This document shows, in pieces, positions 34,713 to 44,922 of a DNA stretch of 64,000 nucleotides (position 1 is the stretch's first letter; each line of letters begins with the position of its first letter). Position numbers and translations under genes: made by a program. Location of the stretch: positions 25,566-89,565 of the forward strand of contig CAWGEL010000019.1 of NCBI GenBank assembly GCA_963821595.1, given 5' to 3'. The notes under the pieces were generated by a model. That model made no database searches, was not told the DNA's origin, and saw nothing but the letters and a program-made list of their open reading frames with translations. The DNA comes from an uncultured Chloroflexia bacterium. GTDB lineage: Bacteria > Chloroflexota > Limnocylindria > Limnocylindrales > CSP1-4.

Positions 34713-35864
34713 ATGGAGAACGCCCCGGCCATTCTTGAGCTTGGGCTGCTGCTCCTGGCAGCAGTCGGCTTCGGCTGGGTCGCCCGCCGGATCGGGCTGC
34801 CGGCCGTCGTGGGCTACCTCGCCCTGGGCGTGGCGGTCTCGCCCTTCACGCCAGGCTTCGTCGCTGACCGTCACCAGGTCCAGCTGCTCGCGGACGTGGG
34901 CGTGATCCTCCTCCTGTTCGAGGTCGGGATCGAGGTCGACCTCCTGCGGCTGCGCCGGGAGCAACGGGCGCTGCTGTGGGCGGCGCCGCTGCAAGTCCTC
35001 GTGACGATGACGGCCTCGGCCGCCGCCGTCGTGGGATTCGGGATCGACGTCCTGGCGGCGGCCACCCTGGGCCTGTGCATCGCCCTCTCGTCGTCCGTCG
35101 TCATCGTCAACATCACGCGGAGCAACCGCCGAACGACCGATCGGCGCACCGAAGAGGCGCTGCTCGGTTGGAGCGTCGTGCAGGACGTCGTCGGCGTCGC
35201 CGTTGCCGCGGCTCTGCTCGCGACGGTCGACGCGGGTGCCCGACCCTTGCCAATCGCCCTGACCGGACTTGCCTTGTTCGTCCTCGGTTCGGCTGTCGTC
35301 GCATGGGCGCTCCCCCGCATCATCGCCAGGCTCAGCGAGCAGCACGACCTCCTGCTCATCGCGTCGGTGGCATCGGCCCTGGCCGTCGCCGGCACTGGAT
35401 CCGTCGTGTTCGGGGTTCCGCTCGCCCTCGCGGCGTTCGTGGGAGGGCTCGCCATCACGGAGGGTCCGGCGGCCGTGGAGATCCGCCAGCGCCTGCTGCC
35501 GTTCCGCGACGTGTTCGCGGTGATGTTCTTCGTCGCCATCGGGATGCTCGTCGACCCCGCCGAGCTCGTTCGCGGTGTTGCGTGGCTGGGCCTGTTCCTC
35601 GTGCTGATCGTTGTGACGAAGGTCGGGGTGGCGTTCGTCGTGGCACGGCTCGCGTCGCTGAACGCGCGACCGCTGCAACTCGCCGTCGGCCTGGGTCAGG
35701 TCGGCGAGTTCAGCTTCGTGCTCGCGTCGATGCTGGTGGCCGCCGGCAGGATCAGCGGTTCGGTCTTCGTGGCGCTCGTCGCCGCCGTCGTGGTCTCGAT
35801 CGCGGCGAGCGCGGTCGTCGTGCGCCTGGTTCCTGGATGGTCGCGCGGTTCGAGGCGCGGTTGA
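34713..35864 (+). CDS. Cation:proton antiporter (CPA2, no KTN domain)
   Basis: GVILLLFEVG, ALSSS, VVQD, PFRDVF..MFFVAIG, QVGEFSFV. Confidence 0.88.
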   Translation: MENAPAILELGLLLLAAVGFGWVARRIGLPAVVGYLALGVAVSPFTPGFVADRHQVQLLADVGVILLLFEVGIEVDLLRLRREQRALLWAAPLQVLVTMTASAAAVVGFGIDVLAAATLGLCIALSSSVVIVNITRSNRRTTDRRTEEALLGWSVVQDVVGVAVAAALLATVDAGARPLPIALTGLALFVLGSAVVAWALPRIIARLSEQHDLLLIASVASALAVAGTGSVVFGVPLALAAFVGGLAITEGPAAVEIRQRLLPFRDVFAVMFFVAIGMLVDPAELVRGVAWLGLFLVLIVVTKVGVAFVVARLASLNARPLQLAVGLGQVGEFSFVLASMLVAAGRISGSVFVALVAAVVVSIAASAVVVRLVPGWSRGSRRG

Positions 35865-35948
35865 GCGTGTCCGAGCGGGGATCGATGCGCGTCGGGCGCG
35901 GCATCCGGCCGGCCGACGGCCCTCGCCTGCGCGCCGCCCGGAACCCGT

Positions 35949-36677
35949 CTAGGCCGTCGGACCGTCGGACGCCCGCACCTGGCGAATCGCCTCGGCCACG
36001 CCGCCGGTCCATGGGTCGCCGTGCCCGGGCAGCACGTATCGCGCGGGGAGATCCGCCAGCCGGTCCAGCGACGCCACCGCGGCCCCGGCATCGGCCGTGA
36101 ACGGCGCCACCTGGGGGCCGCGTCGGCCTGTCGTCACGGCGTAGGTCGCGAGGGCGTCCCCGACGAACAGGGCCTCGAGCGACTCCACGTGCAGCGCGGC
36201 ACTGCCGGGCGTGTGACCCGGCACCAGCACGACGCGTGGCGAGCCGGGCACGTCCAGGGTGGCTCCGTCGCCGAACGTGGAGACGGCGGTGAGGTGGGTC
36301 GTCCGCAGCCCACCGTGCAGCATGCTGTACCAGAGGAAGCCCAGCAGCGGCGCGATCCGCGTCCGTCCCATCCCTTTCGCCGGGTTCGGCACGGTTCCCT
36401 GGGCGAGGGCGGCGTCCGCCTCGTGGACGGAGACCGGCACGCCTCGTTCGCGGCGCAGGCGCTCCGCGAACCCGATGTGATCGGTGTGGCCATGGGTCAG
36501 GATCAGGGCCCTGACGTCGGCGACCGAGCGGCCCATCGCGGCGAGCTCGCGGGGGAGGTCGCCGTAGTAGCCGGGCACGCCCGCGTCGATGATCGTGACC
36601 GCGCCCGCCTCTTCCACGAGGTAGGCGTTGATCATGCTGTTGGTGCCGACGCGGTGGATCGATGGCGCGATCTGCAT
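35949..36677 (-). CDS. MBL-fold metallo-hydrolase
   Basis: IIDAG, THGHTDHIG, PGHTPGS, GDA, PGHG. Confidence 0.9.
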   Translation of the reverse strand: MQIAPSIHRVGTNSMINAYLVEEAGAVTIIDAGVPGYYGDLPRELAAMGRSVADVRALILTHGHTDHIGFAERLRRERGVPVSVHEADAALAQGTVPNPAKGMGRTRIAPLLGFLWYSMLHGGLRTTHLTAVSTFGDGATLDVPGSPRVVLVPGHTPGSAALHVESLEALFVGDALATYAVTTGRRGPQVAPFTADAGAAVASLDRLADLPARYVLPGHGDPWTGGVAEAIRQVRASDGPTA

Positions 36678-36872
36678 GCAGGCGAATCCTCCTGCGACCT
36701 TGAGACTCCGCACAGGCGAGACGGCCGGGCGCCCCTCGGGGCAAGCCGGCCGGGCCTCCGCGCCGTGGATGGTACGGTCTGCGCTCAGTCTTCGCCGCTG
36801 ACGAGTCCGCCGGCGGCACCCGATCGTATGGGCTCGTATCCGCCGCGCGACACCGCGCTGCTCCTCGAGGTC

Positions 36873-38205
36873 ATGCCGAGCACCATGGACGAGATCCCGG
36901 AGCTGGAGCCGGTCCTGCCGAGACGGGGAGGGCCGCGGCGGCGCGTCGTCGCACTCGTGGTCGGACTCCTGCTCCTGGCCGGCGGAGCCGCCCTCGTTGC
37001 CGGTGGCACGTTCCATGCCGGACCCGGACCCATCGCTCCGGCGCGGCCCGACCGGATCGCGATCGTCGACGCGTCGGGCGGGCTCGCCACGATCGCGGCC
37101 GACGGCACCGACCGCCGCTCGTACCCCGTCCCGGGCCTGGTCGCCCTGTTTCCGGACTGGTCGCCGGATGGCACCCACGTCGCCGTCGTCGCGGCGAACG
37201 AGACCGGGGGCGCCGTGGTGGTGGCGAACGATCGTGCGGCCGGGCCCCCGGCCCCGCCGACGACCGTGTTCCGGAGCGCGCTGGGCCCGATCTACGCGTC
37301 CTGGTCGCCGAACGGCGACCGGCTGGGCGTCCTGACCAACGAGACGAACGGCCTCGCCCTGCGAATCGTTCGCCCGGACGGCACCGGCGCGGCGCCGATC
37401 GTGAGCCAGGGCCAGCCGCTGTACTGGGACTGGGTCGACGGCACGCGCCTGCTGGTCCACGTCGGAGGCAATGACCCCGGCGCGTTCCTTGGGGAAGTGG
37501 GCGTGGACGCCAGTCGCGGCGCGGCGCTGACGACCTCGGTCGGCCCGTTCCAGTCGCCGGCCATCTCCGCCGGTGGGCGCTACCGCGCCTTCGTCGCCGG
37601 CGGGACCGGCGGCCCGGCCGTCGTCGTCGAGGCGAGCAACGGTTCCGGACGACACGAAGCGGCCGTCCAGGGTCCCAGCGCCTTCGAGTGGAGTCCACGC
37701 GCCGACGTGCTCGCCTACATCGAGCCGAACCAGGCCGACCTGCCGATCGGGGCCCTGCGAACCATCGACGCTTCGACCGGGGTGACCCGCCGGGTCCTGG
37801 ACGGGGTGGTCCTGGCGTACGAGTGGTCGCCGGACGGCCGCACGATCGCGGCCATCCGGGTTGTTCCGGCCAGCACCCCGGCGACGGGGCAGCGCGCCAT
37901 CCCGACTGCCGGGGTTCGGCTGGTGGCCACCGGCTCGATCGCGCTCGAGCTGACCTTCGTCGACGTGGCCGGCGCTGCCATCCGGTCGCAGACTGCCGAT
38001 CAGCCTGCCCGACGTGATGCTGACCCAGTTCATCCCGTACTTCGACCAGTACGCACGCAGCCACCGGCTCTGGTCACCGGGCAGCGACGCGGTCGTCCTG
38101 CCGCTCGTCGACGACGCCGGGGCCTCGCACATCACGATCGTCCCGGCGGACGGCTCGGCGCCGCGGCGCGTGGCCGACGGCGTGGCCGCGTTCTGGAGCC
38201 CGTAG
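36873..38205 (+). CDS. TolB-like beta-propeller membrane protein (frameshift near 37998)
   Basis: TM followed by WSPDG/WSPNG repeats; the C-terminus YFDQYARSHRLWSP lies in the next frame (38014-38205). Confidence 0.78.
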
Positions 38206-38336
38206 GCGCGGCTGGCTCGCAGGACCGGGTCGGCTGAGCACGCCACTCGGCCTCCGGGACGGCCCGCGCCGAGAACCGATGGCTGCCCCCGATCGTAGGG
38301 ATTCGCAGCCGGCCCGAGTGGCCCGGAAGGAGCGAG

Positions 38337-38528
38337 ATGAGTCCTGTTCGCCTGGTTGTCGTGGCGGTGCTGTTGCTGTTGGGCCTGGTCTGGATCGGCC
38401 AGGGCCTGGGCTGGATCGGCGGCAGCTTCATGAGCTCCCAGCCTTTCTGGGCTGCCGTCGGGGCGGTCGTCGTGGTCGCCGCCGGCGTCATCGCCTGGCG
38501 CGGCCGGCGGGTCAGCTCGGCGTCATAG
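38337..38528 (+). CDS. Small 2-TM membrane protein
   Basis: AAGGAG RBS; GLVWIGQGLGWIGGSFMS...W pattern. Confidence 0.8.
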   Translation: MSPVRLVVVAVLLLLGLVWIGQGLGWIGGSFMSSQPFWAAVGAVVVVAAGVIAWRGRRVSSAS

Positions 38529-38541
38529 CCATCCCCGGTGT

Positions 38542-38612
38542 CGACGGCGTGGCACGCGACGGCGTGGCGCGACGGCGTGGCGCGCGACGGGGCAGGACGC
38601 GATGGCGTGGCG
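38542..38612. repeat. Degenerate tandem repeat between convergent genes
   Basis: CGACGGCGTGGC-like units, about 5 copies. Confidence 0.7.
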
Positions 38613-38621
38613 CCGGCGACG

Positions 38622-39326
38622 CTAGCGGCGCCCCTGGCGAAGCGCGACGCAGCACCCGGTCGCGGGGTCGGCGGGCTCTGCCGTTACGGCCGGAAACCCC
38701 TCGGCGAGGCCCTCCAGCAGGGCGAGGTTCATCGCGCAGATCACCGCGCGATGCGTCCGTGCGACGCCCTCGAACGGGCAGTTGAGCAGGTGGATCACGG
38801 TCGGCTCCGCCCGGTCCTCGCGGGGCTCGAAGCCCTGGGCGCGAAGGGTCTCCCGCAACCGCTGATGCCCGTCCGGAGCCGCGCCCTGGTCCGACGCGCC
38901 CGAGCCTTGCTCCGCGGCCAGCGAGCGGCCCGATGCGCGCGCCGCTTCGACGAGCGCCTTCCTGGTCGCGGGACCCGCACCCTCGAATCCGGCCGCGAGA
39001 ACCCGGGCCGCCCACTCGTAGCGGCGCGGCGGCAGGGACACCTCGAGGGCAGTGCCGGCGCGCCGGTACAGCTTGGCCGGGCGGCCGGCACCAGGGCCAC
39101 GGCGCCCGTTCGTGCGCCGGAACTCGGTCGCCAGCAGTCCGCCGGCGACCAGTCGATCGAGGTGGAAGGCGGCCAGGGGCCGACCGATCCCCAGCGCACC
39201 GGCGGCCTCGTCGCGGCCGACCGACTCGTCGCGCCCGATCACGAATTCGTAGAGGGCCCGGCGCGTCGGCTCCGCCAGGATGCCAAGGACGGCGATCGGA
39301 TCGTCAGTGGCGGTCACTTCACCCAT
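38622..39326 (-). CDS. ArsR-like HTH regulator (COG2345/SufR-like Cys motifs)
   Basis: LAEPTRRALY, AAFHLDRL, GRPAKLY, NCPF, ICAMN, CCV. Confidence 0.85.
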   Translation of the reverse strand: MGEVTATDDPIAVLGILAEPTRRALYEFVIGRDESVGRDEAAGALGIGRPLAAFHLDRLVAGGLLATEFRRTNGRRGPGAGRPAKLYRRAGTALEVSLPPRRYEWAARVLAAGFEGAGPATRKALVEAARASGRSLAAEQGSGASDQGAAPDGHQRLRETLRAQGFEPREDRAEPTVIHLLNCPFEGVARTHRAVICAMNLALLEGLAEGFPAVTAEPADPATGCCVALRQGRR

Positions 39327-39364
39327 GGTGCAACTCTACTGTAAGCGGTGACTGGTGTTAGGGA

Positions 39365-39393
39365 TTGACAGGACGCTCGGGGCATTGTATCAA
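39365..39393 (+). promoter_or_regulatory. Promoter in a divergent AT-richer intergenic region
   Basis: TTGACA-N17-TATCAA, overlapped by the palindrome ATTG-TAT-CAAT. Confidence 0.45.
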
Positions 39394-39418
39394 TAACGGC
39401 GACTCATCCTAGAGTCGC

Positions 39419-39816
39419 GTGACGCAGCCGGACGGCATGCGGGTCCGCTCGAACAACGGCCGAACGCGGGCAATGGCCTCGTCATCGAACGCGTCCAGAC
39501 CGGCGTCCGGATGGAGCGTCGAATGGTCAAGGTGCTCAAGGCCCTCGCCGAGTACCACGACCTTTCGCTGGGAGACCTCCTGGAGGGGATCGTCCTGCAT
39601 GCCTTCGAAGGCCGCTCGCCGTTCTCCGGAAGCTCGCTTGAAACGGTTGCGACGCTCAAGGCGGTCTATGGCATGACCTACGGCGTCGAGGCTTCCCATC
39701 GCCTCACCGACGACGTCGGGGGCGTGGAGGCCGCGGCCACGATCGGCGCCGCCCGCGGGGCCGACCTCGCCGGCATCGCCGCCACGCGCCGCGACCCTGG
39801 CGAACCTGCCTCATGA
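39419..39816 (+). CDS. Conserved hypothetical protein (start probably frameshifted)
   Basis: VIERVQTGVRMERRMVKVLKALAEY...LLEGIVLHAF extends upstream of ATG 39511 without an in-frame start; nearest start is GTG 39419 in another frame. Confidence 0.65.
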
Positions 39817-40289
39817 ACGGCTCCAGTGGCGCTCGTCACGCCGCCCGCAGCCACCGCATCCGCCTGGGGGTCGACGCGGCCACGGCGTTCCCGCTGTTCG
39901 AACCGATCGGCGAGGGCCGGTGGGCCGCGGACTGGCGGCCGACGTTCGCCTGGCCGGCGGACGGCGAGGCCTGCGTCGGCGGCACGTTCCTGACCGACCA
40001 CGTTGACCACGAAGCCGTCTGGGTGATCGCCGACTACGATCCGCCGAACCGGATCGTGTACGTCGCCGTCGCGCCCGGCGTCCGGGCCAGCCGCATCGAG
40101 GTCCGGTGCCATGCCGACGGATCCGCCGGCACGGACGTCGACGTCCGCTACGACGTGACGTCGCTCTCACCGGCCGGTGATTTCCGCCTCGAAGGACTCG
40201 AGGAGCCTGCCTTCAGCGCCATGATCGAGCACTGGCTGGTCGCGATCGAGCGCAGCCTCGCCGGCCAGGGGCCGACGCACCACGTCTGA
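39813..40289 (+). CDS. SRPBCC/START-like protein
   Basis: AFPLFEPIGEGRWAADW, YDPPNRIVY, VRYDVTSLS; ATGA-coupled. Confidence 0.65.
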   Translation: MNGSSGARHAARSHRIRLGVDAATAFPLFEPIGEGRWAADWRPTFAWPADGEACVGGTFLTDHVDHEAVWVIADYDPPNRIVYVAVAPGVRASRIEVRCHADGSAGTDVDVRYDVTSLSPAGDFRLEGLEEPAFSAMIEHWLVAIERSLAGQGPTHHV

Positions 40290-40411
40290 ATGCCGTCGGG
40301 CGGCTCGGTAGGGAGCTCGACCGGCGCCTGCGTTCGACGGCGACAATGCGCGCTCGTGGCCCTACCATGGGTGGGCATCGGCAGCGTCCCACTGCCCGCA
40401 AGGATCCGAGC

Positions 40412-42011
40412 ATGGCAGGCCGAACTCCGCGCACGTCCCGGCCGGCGCGCTCCGCCGCGAGCGCGATGAGCGCCGTGAGCACGCACCCCGCCCTGGACGC
40501 CAGCCCGATGGCCGTGCTCGGCGTCGCTCCTGACGGGACCATCGCCTACGCGAACCCGCAGGTCGAGCGGACGTTCGGCTGGAAACCGCGCGGGCTGATC
40601 GGGCTCCCGATCGAGACGCTGATCCCGGAGCGACTCACCGTCCAGCACCTGGCCCACCGCCGATCGTTCATGGAGCGTCCTCTCGCCCGGCCGATGGGCA
40701 TCGGCCTGGACCTCGCCGGCCGGCGCCGGGACGGGTCGGAGTTCCCGGTCGAGATCAGCCTGGCGCCCGTCGCCACGCCCGACGGTGTCTTCACGCATGT
40801 CACGGTCATCGACATCACGGCCCGCAAGAGCCTCGAGGGCCAGCTCCTCCAGGCGCAGAAGATGGAGTCGATCGGCCGGCTCGCAGGTGGCATCGCCCAC
40901 GACTTCAACAACATGCTGTTCGCCATTCGCGGCCACGCGGCGATCCTTCGCGACGACCTGGACCCGGACGCGGCGCGCCCGCCCGACATGGCGGCGGTGC
41001 GGCGGAGCGTGGAAGCCATCGAGACGGCCGCGGAGCGGGCGGCGGCGCTGACGGGTCAGCTCCTCGCCTTCAGCCGCCAGCAGGTGGTGCAGCCGGTGGC
41101 CCTCGATCTGCGCCAGGCCATCACCAGCCTGGAGCCGCTTCTCCAGCGCCTGATCGGGGCGGACGTCCGCCTGGTCCTCCAGCTCGATGGGGCGACCGGC
41201 GACGTGCGAGCCGACCGGAGCCAGATCGACCAGGTGCTGGTGAACCTCGTCGTCAACGCCCGCGACGCGATGCCGGGCGGCGGCACGATCGCGATCGAGA
41301 CCGGGAACGTCGCCTTCGACGAACCGTACGCCGTCGAGCACTTCGAGGTCACGCCGGGCGAGTACGTGATGCTGGCGGTCAGCGACACCGGGATCGGCAT
41401 GGACCGCGAGACCCGGATCCACGTGTTCGAACCGTTCTTCACGACCAAGGAGCCCGGCAAGGGGACGGGGCTGGGGCTGGCCACGATCTACGGCATCGTC
41501 CGCCAGGCCGGTGGGCACATCTGGCTGTACTCGGAGCCCGGCCGCGGCACGAAGTTCAAGCTCTACTTCCCGCGCCTGGCCGTGCCCGCCCGCGAGGTCG
41601 CGAGCGAACCGCCGGTCGTGGTCGTCGATTCGGGCACGGTCCTGCTCGTCGAGGACGAGCCGGCCGTGCGCGACCTCACCCAGCTCGTGCTGGAGCGCGC
41701 CGGCTTCCGCGTGCTCCTGCCCGCCGAATTCGGCGGAGGCCCTGGCGATGGTGGAGCCGGGCGGGCCGGCCATCGACGTCCTGGTCACGGACATGGTCAT
41801 GCCGGGCGTCTCGGGACGAGACCTGGCCCTTCGCGCGATGGCAGCCCGGCCGGAGACCGCGATCGTGCTGCTCTCCGGCTACAGCGCCGACCACGCGCAG
41901 ATCGCCGACCTGATCAGCCGCGGCGTCGCGTTCGCCAGCAAGCCGCTCTCCGGCAGGGAGCTCCTGCAGGTCGTTGACGAGGCGCGCCGCCAGCGGGCGT
42001 CCCCTCGCTAG
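40412..42011 (+). CDS. PAS hybrid histidine kinase/receiver (frameshift near 41724)
   Basis: PAS (RRRDGSEFPVEISL), H-box GIAHDFNN, NARDAM, FFTTK, GTGLGL; the receiver continues as VTDMVMPG...SKP in the next frame. Confidence 0.88.
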
Positions 42012-42157
42012 GACACCGGGGCCGGCCGGGCAGGAAGCCTCATGCCGGCCGTCCGGGCAGCCCGACATCGCGCTGGGCCGGCGCGTCCGCGCCGTCACCC
42101 GAACCGCCGGCGGTCGCGTAACCGCTGCGAAAGGCTGCCCGGCCAAGACTGGCGGCC

Positions 42158-42724
42158 ATGACGACCCGCACCTTTACCCCGGCGGCCACGTCGCGACTGC
42201 GTGCCTTCTCATGGCCCCTGCCGCCCATGGCGGTTCGCCAGGTGCTGGCCTTCGCCGCGATCGGGGCGGTCAGCACCGCGGCGTACGTCGCCCTCTACGC
42301 GCTCCTGCGGGAGGCCGTCCCGGCGACGGCAGCGAACGGCGCGGCGCTGGTCGCCACGGCGATCGGCAACACGGCCGCCAACCGCCGCCTCACGTTCCGG
42401 GTCCAGGGCCGGCATCGGCTCGCCCGTGATCACGCGGCCGGCCTGATCGCCCTCGGCATCGCCCTCGCCATCACGTCAGCGTCGCTGGCCGTGCTGGGCC
42501 GGGCCGCCCCCGGGGCCGCACGCGAGGCGGAGCTGGCGGTCCTCGTCGGCGCGAATGGCGTCGCGACGCTCGTTCGGTTCCTCCTGCTGCGCCGGGCACT
42601 GGGTCGCGGCCCGATGCGGCGGCGCACCGAAGTCGAACGCCTCGAGCCTGCCGCCGCCCTCCCGGCGGCGGCCCGGAGCCCGGCCATGACCCAACCCTCC
42701 AGGCTCGAAGGAACCCCCCGATGA
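42158..42724 (+). CDS. GtrA-family flippase-like protein
   Basis: FAAIGAVST, NTAANRRLTF, ATLVRFLL. Confidence 0.85.
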   Translation: MTTRTFTPAATSRLRAFSWPLPPMAVRQVLAFAAIGAVSTAAYVALYALLREAVPATAANGAALVATAIGNTAANRRLTFRVQGRHRLARDHAAGLIALGIALAITSASLAVLGRAAPGAAREAELAVLVGANGVATLVRFLLLRRALGRGPMRRRTEVERLEPAAALPAAARSPAMTQPSRLEGTPR

Positions 42725-44724
42725 CCGCCATTCCCCACGACGCACCGGGTGCGGAGCGTCCGCAGCTGGCTCGCACCCGTGCACTGCCGCGTCTTCGCGC
42801 CCTCGAGCTGGGCTGGGAGCTGGCGGCTTTCGCCGGCGTGACCACCCTGGCGGCCGTGGCGTACCTCTGGAATCTCGCCGTGAGCGGCTACGCCAACACC
42901 TACTACGCGGCGGCCGCACTGGCCGCGTCGAAGAGCTGGTCCGCGTTCTTCTTCGGATCCTTCGATGCCGCCAACTTCATCACCGTCGACAAGCCGCCGG
43001 CGTCCGTCTGGCTGATGGGCCTGTCCGTGCGGATCTTCGGCCTGAGCTCGTGGAGCGTGCTCCTGCCCCAGGCTCTGTGCGGAATCCTGACCGTCGCGCT
43101 CCTGTTCGTCGCCGTGCGCCGGAGCTTCGGAACGCTCGCGGCCACGGTGGCCGGCCTGGTCATGGCCGTGACGCCGGCAGCGGTCCTGATCTTCCGCTTC
43201 AACAACCCGGACGCACTGCTGACGCTCCTGCTCGTGGCCGCGGCCTACGGCCTGTTGCGCTCTCTCGATCGCGGCAGCCTGCGCTGGACAGCCGCGGCGG
43301 CCGCGTGCGTGGGTTTCGCCTTCCTGACCAAGTACCTCCAGGCATACCTGGTGCTGCCAGGCTTCGCCCTCGTCTACCTCTTCGCCGCCGACGCATCGCT
43401 GCGGCGGCGCGTCCTGGGCCTGGGCCTCGCCCTGGCCACGGTCCTGGCCACGAGCGGCTGGTGGGTCGCGATCGTGGAGCTGATCCCGGCAGGCAGCCGG
43501 CCCTTCATCGGCGGGAGCACGACGGGATCCGTCCTCGATCTCATCTTCGGCTACGACGGGCTGGGCCGGATCTTCGGCAACGCGGGGCCCGGTGGCGGTG
43601 CGGCCGGCGCCGGAGCCGGTTTCGGCGGCGAGGCGGGGCCGTTCCGGCTGTTCAACGACCAGTTCTTCGGCCAGGTCGCGTGGTTCATCCCGCTCGCGAT
43701 CGCGGGACTGGCGCTGGGACTGTGGCTGCGTCGCCAGGCCCCGCGGACAGACCGGCGACTCGCCGGGTACCTCCTGTGGGGCAGCTGGTTCGTGGTGACC
43801 GCGGCCGTCTTCTCGTACATGTCCGGCATCGTCCACTCCTACTACGCGGTGGCGCTTGCTCCCGCCGTGGCGGCCCTGGCGGGCGCCGCCGTCGCGGAGC
43901 TCTGGCACCTGCGCGGCCGGTCCGTGGCCGCGGCGGCGCTCCTCGGTGGCGGGCTGCTCGCCGTTGCCGCATGGGGTGCCTGGCTGCTGGCCCGGACGCC
44001 GGACTTCGCCCCGTTGGTGGCGCCGGTGGCGGTGGCCCTGGCGGGTGTGGCCGCGGCTGGCCTGGTCACCGCGGTCGCAGTGCGGCACCGCGCCATGGGC
44101 GAGCGCCTCGCCCGCGTCGCGCTCGCCGCCGGGCTGGTGGCGACCCTGATGGCCCCGGGCGCGTACGCACTCGCGACGGTGGGGACGGCCTATGGCGGCG
44201 GCGATCCTCACCCCGGGCCCGGTGCGGCCTCCACGCAGGGTGGCTTCGGCGGCGTCCCCGGCGGTCCCGGCGGCGGGGCCGCGGCAGGACTCGGCGGCTT
44301 CGGCGGCGTCCCCGGCGGTGGCCCGACGACCGGCAGCGGAGCGGGCGGTTTCGGGGCCGGAGGTGCCTCCGCAGATTCGGCACTGGTCGCCTACCTGGTC
44401 GCCAACCGCGGCACGGCAACCTGGATCGTCGCCGCCGATGGCTCGATGTCGGCCGGGCCGATCGAGCTCGCCAGCGGCCTGCCGGTCATGGCGATGGGCG
44501 GCTTCACGGGCTCCGACCCGACGCCCACCCTGGCCCAGCTCAAGAGCGCCATCGCCGCCGGGCAGCTCCGGTTCGTCCTCGTCGGCAGCCAGGGCGGGTT
44601 CGGGGGCCCGGGCGGCGGCACGACCTCGTCGGAGCGGACGGCGTGGGTGACCAGCGCCTGCACGATCGTCTCGATCGACGGATCGACGTCGAGCGGCCTC
44701 TACGACTGCGCCGGGGCGTCCTGA
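42721..44724 (+). CDS. GT39/ArnT-like (GT-C) membrane glycosyltransferase
   Basis: GYANTYYAAA, FITVDKPP, FRFNNPDALL, FLTKYLQA, HSYY, Gly-rich linkers, MGGFTGSDP. Confidence 0.9.
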   Translation: MTAIPHDAPGAERPQLARTRALPRLRALELGWELAAFAGVTTLAAVAYLWNLAVSGYANTYYAAAALAASKSWSAFFFGSFDAANFITVDKPPASVWLMGLSVRIFGLSSWSVLLPQALCGILTVALLFVAVRRSFGTLAATVAGLVMAVTPAAVLIFRFNNPDALLTLLLVAAAYGLLRSLDRGSLRWTAAAAACVGFAFLTKYLQAYLVLPGFALVYLFAADASLRRRVLGLGLALATVLATSGWWVAIVELIPAGSRPFIGGSTTGSVLDLIFGYDGLGRIFGNAGPGGGAAGAGAGFGGEAGPFRLFNDQFFGQVAWFIPLAIAGLALGLWLRRQAPRTDRRLAGYLLWGSWFVVTAAVFSYMSGIVHSYYAVALAPAVAALAGAAVAELWHLRGRSVAAAALLGGGLLAVAAWGAWLLARTPDFAPLVAPVAVALAGVAAAGLVTAVAVRHRAMGERLARVALAAGLVATLMAPGAYALATVGTAYGGGDPHPGPGAASTQGGFGGVPGGPGGGAAAGLGGFGGVPGGGPTTGSGAGGFGAGGASADSALVAYLVANRGTATWIVAADGSMSAGPIELASGLPVMAMGGFTGSDPTPTLAQLKSAIAAGQLRFVLVGSQGGFGGPGGGTTSSERTAWVTSACTIVSIDGSTSSGLYDCAGAS

Positions 44725-44922
44725 TCGGGAGGGTTGGGGTCGACGCCGGCCGGCGTCGAGCGTCCCCGGGCCGAATCCCGGATGTGGATCGCCGGGCCGC
44801 CCGGGTTGCGCGGCCGAGGCGACGCGACCCGTCGCCGGGCCGGATCCGGGTCGGTATCATGGGCCGGCGGCTGCGGCCGAGGGTGCGACCGCGGCTGAGG
44901 TCGTGCACTGGAGGAGGCCTCG

